From positions 3,648,001-3,712,000 of the forward strand of contig OZ245033.1 in the NCBI GenBank assembly GCA_965224025.1: 64,000 nt of DNA. Direction: 5' to 3'. Origin of the DNA: Candidatus Multivorans sp. (GTDB lineage: Bacteria > Acidobacteriota > Thermoanaerobaculia > Multivoradales > Multivoraceae). The notes beneath the pieces were generated by a model. The model was not told where the DNA came from, searched no databases, and worked only from the letters and a program-made list of their open reading frames with translations. Made by a program: the position numbers and the translations under genes. Position 1 is the stretch's first letter. The number at the start of each line of letters is the position of its first letter. Shown piece after piece: positions 58,822 to 64,000 of the stretch.

Positions 58822-59079
58822 TCAACCTTTCGGTCTCCCGAGGCGGACCTCGTCCTCGGCCACTTCAAGCGCGCGGGGCCGGTCGAGGTCAACCCCCGAG
58901 CGCGGACCACCGCCGCCGACCGTCAGCAGCCGGAACGGACGCGACGCCGCGGGTTCAGGCCGTTTGATCGCATCGTCCAGGGTCTTGGCAATGAAGCGGC
59001 TCACGCTGAGTCCCCGAGCCGCAGCTTCGTGCCGTACCTGCATGGCTAGCCTGTCTTCAAGCGAGATCGTCGTCCTCAT
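58822..59079 (-). CDS. vapB: RHH antitoxin (VapB family)
   Basis: MRTTISLEDRL..AAARGLSVSRFI..GVDLD, directly upstream of vapC. Confidence 0.85.
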   Translation of the reverse strand: MRTTISLEDRLAMQVRHEAAARGLSVSRFIAKTLDDAIKRPEPAASRPFRLLTVGGGGPRSGVDLDRPRALEVAEDEVRLGRPKG

Positions 59080-59130
59080 GGTGTGAAGAGCATAACGCTG
59101 CCGCACCAATGCAGCAACACTCTGTGTGGC

Positions 59131-59280
59131 TCAGTAGTGGCTCAGTACGATGCCTGCCTGAATCTCGCCGATCGTGACGGCGGACACGTGGAGCCGTTCA
59201 GCCGGTACACCCCGAAACCAGCGCGGGACCGCTTGGTGCGGTCGCGGGCGGCGCAATTCGGAAACGACGTTCGTGTCGAG
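59131..59280 (-). pseudogene. Relic N-terminus of a second PIN/VapC (FitB-like)
   Basis: Hand translation LDTNVVSELRRPRPHQAVPRWF..LHVSAVTIGEIQAGI, bounded by stops on both sides. Confidence 0.72.
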
Positions 59281-59315
59281 TCACTGTCTTCAATCATCAT
59301 GATAGTTTGAACTAC

Positions 59316-60476
59316 ATGTTCAAGCGGCGCCTGACCCTGCCAGAGTCCGGCACGGAGACTTTCTTCCTGTGGGGCCCGCGCCAAACGGGCAAGAGCACCC
59401 TTCTACGCCAAACCTACCCCCGGGGCCACTGGGTCGACCTTCTGAAGGCCGATGAGTTTCGCCGCTATCTGAGTCGGCCCGAGTTCCTGCGGCAGGAGTT
59501 GGAGGCCACAGGCGCCGACCCCGGCCGCCAGATCGTGATCGACGAGATCCAGAGAGTGCCGGCCCTGCTCGACGAGGTCCACTGGCTGATCGAGAACCGC
59601 GGGCTGCGGTTCGCGCTCTGTGGATCGAGCGCGCGCAAGGTGCGTCGCGGCGCGGCCAACCTGCTCGGCGGCCGCGCGATCCGGTACCGGCTGCACGGCC
59701 TGACGGCCCGGGAACTCGGCCGCGAGTTCGACCTCGATCGCATGGTCAACCACGGCTACTTGCCGCCTATCTACCAGGCCGAACGTCCACGACGTCTGCT
59801 TGACGCCTACGTGGGGGACTACCTGAGGGAGGAGATCGCCGCTGAAGGCGCCGTGCGGAATCTGCCGACCTTCTCCGATTTCCTCGACGCCGCCGCACTC
59901 AGCGATGGCGGGATCGTGAACTTCTCGAACATCGCACGCGACTGCGCCATCTCAAGTCCGACCGTTCGCGCCTACTTCGGCATCCTGGAAGACACACTCC
60001 TCGGGCGATGGCTGCCTGCGTATCGAAAGCAACCGAAGCGCCGCACCATTCAGGCGCCGAAGTTCTACTTCGCGGATGTCGGCGTGGTGAATCGGCTGGC
60101 GCGCCGCGGCCGGCTCGAACGCGGCGCCGAACTCTACGGCAAGGCATTCGAGAACTGGGTCCATCACGAGCTGTCGGCGTTCCTCAGCTACCGGGAGTTC
60201 GACGGCCACCTCTCCTACTGGCGGCTCACCGGCGGTTCCGAAGTCGACTTCATCGTCGGCGACATGCAACTCGCTGTAGAGGCCAAGGCCAGCCCCCGCA
60301 TCAGCCGCCAGCATCTCAAGGGGATCCGGAACCTTGCGCGGGACCACCCGGACGTCGGTCGTCGGCTCGTGGTCTGCCTCGAACCGAGGGCCCGGCTCAC
60401 CGACGACGGGATCGAGGTGATCCCCGCGGAGCAGTTCATTCACCGCTTGTGGCAAGGGGAACTCTTCCAGCCATGA
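59316..60476 (+). CDS. AAA_14 ATPase with DUF4143 (PD-(D/E)XK-like) C-terminus
   Basis: GPRQTGKS Walker A, IDEIQ Walker B, GSS, GYLP, KFYFADVG, FENWV, EVDF..AVEAK. Confidence 0.9.
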   Translation: MFKRRLTLPESGTETFFLWGPRQTGKSTLLRQTYPRGHWVDLLKADEFRRYLSRPEFLRQELEATGADPGRQIVIDEIQRVPALLDEVHWLIENRGLRFALCGSSARKVRRGAANLLGGRAIRYRLHGLTARELGREFDLDRMVNHGYLPPIYQAERPRRLLDAYVGDYLREEIAAEGAVRNLPTFSDFLDAAALSDGGIVNFSNIARDCAISSPTVRAYFGILEDTLLGRWLPAYRKQPKRRTIQAPKFYFADVGVVNRLARRGRLERGAELYGKAFENWVHHELSAFLSYREFDGHLSYWRLTGGSEVDFIVGDMQLAVEAKASPRISRQHLKGIRNLARDHPDVGRRLVVCLEPRARLTDDGIEVIPAEQFIHRLWQGELFQP

Positions 60477-62230
60477 TCGTCGCCCGCATTGCACTGCTTG
60501 CGCTCGTTGTCGCGAACTGCGCGGAACGCCCCGGGGTGGCGCCGAGCCGTGAACCGTCGACGGCAGAACGGCCGGCCACGCCTGCTGCCTTCGAAGAGCG
60601 CGCCGCGGAGGTGGGTCTCCTTTTTGACCACGTGAATGGCGGCGCCGGCCGATACCTGCTGCCCGAGATCATGGGCTCGGGCGCCGCCCTCTTCGACTTC
60701 GATGGCGACAGCGACCTGGACGCGTTCCTGGTGCAGGGGTCCAGCCTGGAGCCGGGCGCGGGCAACGGCGCCTCGGACTCCCCCGCGCGCGATCGACTGT
60801 TCCGGAACGAACTCGCGGAGAGCGGCGATCTCCGCTTCGTCGACGTGACCGCTGACTCGGGCATCGACTCCGCCGGCTACGGCATGGGCGTCGCCGCGGC
60901 GGACTACGACGGCGACGGCCAGACTGACCTCTACGTGACGAACTTTGGGCCGAACCGGCTCTGGCGCAACCTCGGCGGCGGCCACTTCGAGGACGCGACG
61001 CAGGCCGCCGGCGCCGACGATCCCAGGTGGAGCGTACCGGCTGCCTTCTTCGACTACGACGGCGACGGCGCCCTGGACCTGTTCGTCGGCAACTACGTGG
61101 ACTTCAATCTCGGCAGCCACACGCTGTGCACCTTCGGCAGCGGCGAGCCAGACTACTGCAGCCCGAAGACGTATCGAGCGGAGCCGGACCGTCTGCTCAG
61201 GAATCTCGACAACGGGAGCTTCCAAGACATCACGGACCGGGCTGGCATCGCACCCGAGTTCGGCAACGGGCTCGGCGCCGTGCCGGCCGACTTCGATCTC
61301 GACGGCCGGCTCGACCTCTACGTCGCCAACGACGGCACGCCGAACCAGATGTGGATGAACCGTGGCGGCGGCCGCTTCGAGAACCGGGCCCTGTTCGCCG
61401 GTTCGGCGGTCAACGGCCGCGGCCAAGCCGAAGCCGGGATGGGCGTCGATGCCGGCGACCTGGACGGCGACGGCGACGAGGACCTCTACGTGACCCACAT
61501 CACCGGCGAGACGAGCACCCTCTACCTGAACGACGGCGGCGGTCTGTTCTCGGACGCCGGCATGGTCGCCGGACTCGACACGCCCAGCCTGACGATGACC
61601 GGCTTCGGCGCCGGCTGGTTCGACTTCGACAACGACGGCGACCTGGACCTGCTGGCCGTCAACGGCGCCGTGCGCCGCCTCGACCGCGCCCGCACCGGCG
61701 CTGAGGCCGCCGCGCGGGCGGCCGCGGCAACCGACCACGAACGCCGCTTCGGACAGCCGGACCAGCTCTTCCGCAACCTCGGGGACGGCCGCTTCGAGGA
61801 CGCATCAGCGCTTGGAGGCGTTTCCTTCACCGCCTACGAAGTGTCCCGCGGCGCCGCCTTCGGCGACGTGGACAACGATGGCGATACGGACGTCCTGATC
61901 TCGAACAACAACGGACCGGTCCGGCTGCTGGTGAACGTCGCCGGCCAGGACAGTGCATGGATCGGCCTGCGGCTCGTGACCGCGGACGGCAAGCGGGACG
62001 CTCTGGGCAGCCTGGTCCGCGTCGCATTGGATGGCGGCCGGACGATCACCCGCCGCGTCCGCGCACAGGGGAGCTACGCCTCCTCAAGCGATCCGAGAGT
62101 CCTGGTCGGACTCGGCGATGCCGGCATCGAGGATGTTCGGGTGACTTGGCTCGGCGGCGGCGAGGAGGCGTTCGGCCCACTCTCGCCCAGGACCTACCAC
62201 GAACTGCGCGAGGGACAGGGCGGGCAGTGA
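60473..62230 (+). CDS. CRTAC1 family FG-GAP/ASPIC-UnbV protein (putative lipoprotein)
   Basis: ATGA overlap with the ATPase; LALVVANC lipobox-like; many DxDGDG repeats, DYCSP, SRGAAFGDVDNDGD, GSYASSSDPR. Confidence 0.9.
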   Translation: MIVARIALLALVVANCAERPGVAPSREPSTAERPATPAAFEERAAEVGLLFDHVNGGAGRYLLPEIMGSGAALFDFDGDSDLDAFLVQGSSLEPGAGNGASDSPARDRLFRNELAESGDLRFVDVTADSGIDSAGYGMGVAAADYDGDGQTDLYVTNFGPNRLWRNLGGGHFEDATQAAGADDPRWSVPAAFFDYDGDGALDLFVGNYVDFNLGSHTLCTFGSGEPDYCSPKTYRAEPDRLLRNLDNGSFQDITDRAGIAPEFGNGLGAVPADFDLDGRLDLYVANDGTPNQMWMNRGGGRFENRALFAGSAVNGRGQAEAGMGVDAGDLDGDGDEDLYVTHITGETSTLYLNDGGGLFSDAGMVAGLDTPSLTMTGFGAGWFDFDNDGDLDLLAVNGAVRRLDRARTGAEAAARAAAATDHERRFGQPDQLFRNLGDGRFEDASALGGVSFTAYEVSRGAAFGDVDNDGDTDVLISNNNGPVRLLVNVAGQDSAWIGLRLVTADGKRDALGSLVRVALDGGRTITRRVRAQGSYASSSDPRVLVGLGDAGIEDVRVTWLGGGEEAFGPLSPRTYHELREGQGGQ

Positions 62231-63990
62231 CTGCCGCACGGACCCGGTATCGGGCGCCACGAGGCTCACTCGCCACGCTCGCCGCGGCCCTGCTGGCCTG
62301 CACAGGCGGCGAGCGGCTTCCGCTACCCTCCAGCTACGAACCGCACGACCCGACGGTCCGTTCACAGATCGCAAGCCTCGAGCAGCGCGTCCGCACCCTC
62401 GAAGCGGACGAAGCAACCGGCGCCGAACTGGCAATCGCGGTCGGCGAACTCGGCAAGCTCTACCACGGCCTGCAACTACTGGACACCCATGCATTCATCG
62501 CGCTCCAGGCCGCCGAAGACTGCTACCGGGAAGCGAGCCGGCTGGACCCGACCGATCATCGCTGGCCGTACCTGACCGCCTTCGCCAGCCAGACAGCCGG
62601 CGATCTCGAAGCGGCAGCCACCGCCTATCGTGCGGCGATCGCGATCGAGCCCGACCTGCTCCCGGCCCTGCATCGCCTTGCCGAAGCCGAGGCCGCGCGC
62701 GGCCGAGCCGAAGCAGCCACCGAGCTCTGGAACCGCGCCCTCGAGGTCCAGCCCGGGTTCGCTCCCGCGCTCTACGGCCTCGGCGCCCTGGCGCTCGACC
62801 GCGGCGACGCCGAGAGCGCAATCGGCTACTTCGCGCGAGCGCTCGCCGCCGAACCCGGCGCGGGCCGCGGTCACTACTCGCTCGGCATGGCGTACCGCCG
62901 CCTGGGCGACGAGGAGCGAGCGGCCACCCACCTGGCCCAGGCGAGCCACATGGACTTCACTCTGGACGATCCCCTTGTCCGCGAACTCGCCTACCTGCCC
63001 ACCGGCAGCACCGCCCTGGTCCAGCAGGGCCTGATCGCGGTCAACGCGGGCGAGTTCGCCGCCGCGGCAACGCTCTTCGGCCGCGCCGTCGAAGCCGATC
63101 CCACGAACCTGGAGGCGCGCCAACACCTGGCTCTGGCCCATGTCGACGCCGGCCAGTTCGACCAGGCCCAGACAGCCTACGAAGAGCTCCTGGCGCTCGA
63201 TCCCGACTCCGCTTCGGCCCACTTCGAACTGGCCCAACTCCACGCCGGCCTCGGTCGTCCGCTGGAAGCGATCCGCCACCTGACCGCGGCAACCGATCTG
63301 GCACCCGACTACAAGCAGGCCCACTACCAGCTCGCGCTGCTCCTCGAACGCACCGGCCGACCCCGCGAAGCGCTGGAGCGGTATGAGCGGGTGCTGTTGC
63401 TCGACTCGAGCTACGCCGGGGCGCCGACACGGCGAGCCGGCGCCCTCGCCGCCGCCGGCCGCCCCGCCGATGCTCTGGAGATCCTGGAGGCACGGATCGC
63501 CGAGGCGTCCTCGGACGGCGCCGCCCTGCACGCCCTGAGCGTCGTCCTGCGGCAGCAGAACCGGCTGCAGGAGGCCCGGGCTGCGCTGGAGCGCGGTCTC
63601 GCGTCCGGCCGGTTCGCCGCCCCCGACGAGGCGCGGCTGCGGACCGAACTCGGCGGCATCTTCGCCATCCAAGGCCAACTCCGACCAGCCCTGACCCACC
63701 TCCAGGCCGCGGGGCGCCTCGACCCGGCCCAGGCCGAGACCAGCTTCCTCCTCGGCATGGTCCAGGCCGACCTGGGCCGCACCGAGGAAGCCGCCCGGGC
63801 CTTGGCAACCGCACTCGCGATCCGTCCAGATCTCACTGCGGCCCGGGTTCGCCTCTCGTTCGTCATGGCCCAGAGCGACCGCTGTGAAGAGGCCTTGGCA
63901 CTCCTCGAAGACGGCCGGCGCTTTGCCGCAGGCGACCCCTCGTTTGCCCAGGCGCTGCAACAACTTCGGACAGTCTGCGCGCGACGGTAG
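62227..63990 (+). CDS. Tetratricopeptide repeat lipoprotein
   Basis: GTGA overlap with the CRTAC1 stop; LLAC lipobox; many TPR units; similar layout to 39234-41078. Confidence 0.87.
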   Translation: MTAARTRYRAPRGSLATLAAALLACTGGERLPLPSSYEPHDPTVRSQIASLEQRVRTLEADEATGAELAIAVGELGKLYHGLQLLDTHAFIALQAAEDCYREASRLDPTDHRWPYLTAFASQTAGDLEAAATAYRAAIAIEPDLLPALHRLAEAEAARGRAEAATELWNRALEVQPGFAPALYGLGALALDRGDAESAIGYFARALAAEPGAGRGHYSLGMAYRRLGDEERAATHLAQASHMDFTLDDPLVRELAYLPTGSTALVQQGLIAVNAGEFAAAATLFGRAVEADPTNLEARQHLALAHVDAGQFDQAQTAYEELLALDPDSASAHFELAQLHAGLGRPLEAIRHLTAATDLAPDYKQAHYQLALLLERTGRPREALERYERVLLLDSSYAGAPTRRAGALAAAGRPADALEILEARIAEASSDGAALHALSVVLRQQNRLQEARAALERGLASGRFAAPDEARLRTELGGIFAIQGQLRPALTHLQAAGRLDPAQAETSFLLGMVQADLGRTEEAARALATALAIRPDLTAARVRLSFVMAQSDRCEEALALLEDGRRFAAGDPSFAQALQQLRTVCARR

Positions 63991-64000
63991 TTCCGAGGCT

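Overview
High-GC bacterial chromosomal window. The gene content (VWA-related paralogs, Oar-like TonB-dependent receptors, ASPIC/UnbV FG-GAP proteins with TPR partners, DUF4159, PQQ-like propeller) suggests Acidobacteriota, possibly a host- or sponge-associated lineage (inference only). Left to right: (1) a tandem VWA array with two collapsed remnants; (2) an amidase; (3) an Lrp-controlled aromatic amino acid catabolic operon (aminotransferase-hppD-hmgA-phhA); (4) a TPP enzyme plus two tandem isocitrate/isopropylmalate dehydrogenase paralogs with complementary active-site losses, suggesting a eukaryote-style heteromeric enzyme; (5) a ~2230-aa adhesin-kexin-like S8 protease followed by a candidate trans-acting propeptide/chaperone; (6) an internally deleted IS21 with a 6-bp target duplication, and two more Lrp copies; (7) sialidase-like, AlkD, DUF255, propeller, MBL, DUF4159, Hyi and MFS genes; (8) a large surface locus of three ASPIC/UnbV genes, two stand-alone TPR genes, two full TonB-dependent receptors and an orphan 3' receptor cassette; (9) an accessory patch with duplicated coiled-coil genes flanking an orphan M15 endopeptidase, a stray IS21 end, vapBC, a second vapC relic and an AAA-DUF4143 ATPase. 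Non-coding signals: a three-copy ~67-bp double-hairpin repeat with covarying stems, REP-like hairpins, and many genes with a TANNNT box 6-9 nt before the start codon (leaderless signature). Several single-base frameshifts may be real or assembly errors. No rRNA, tRNA or CRISPR array was seen. Family assignments are from motif recognition; no searches were run.
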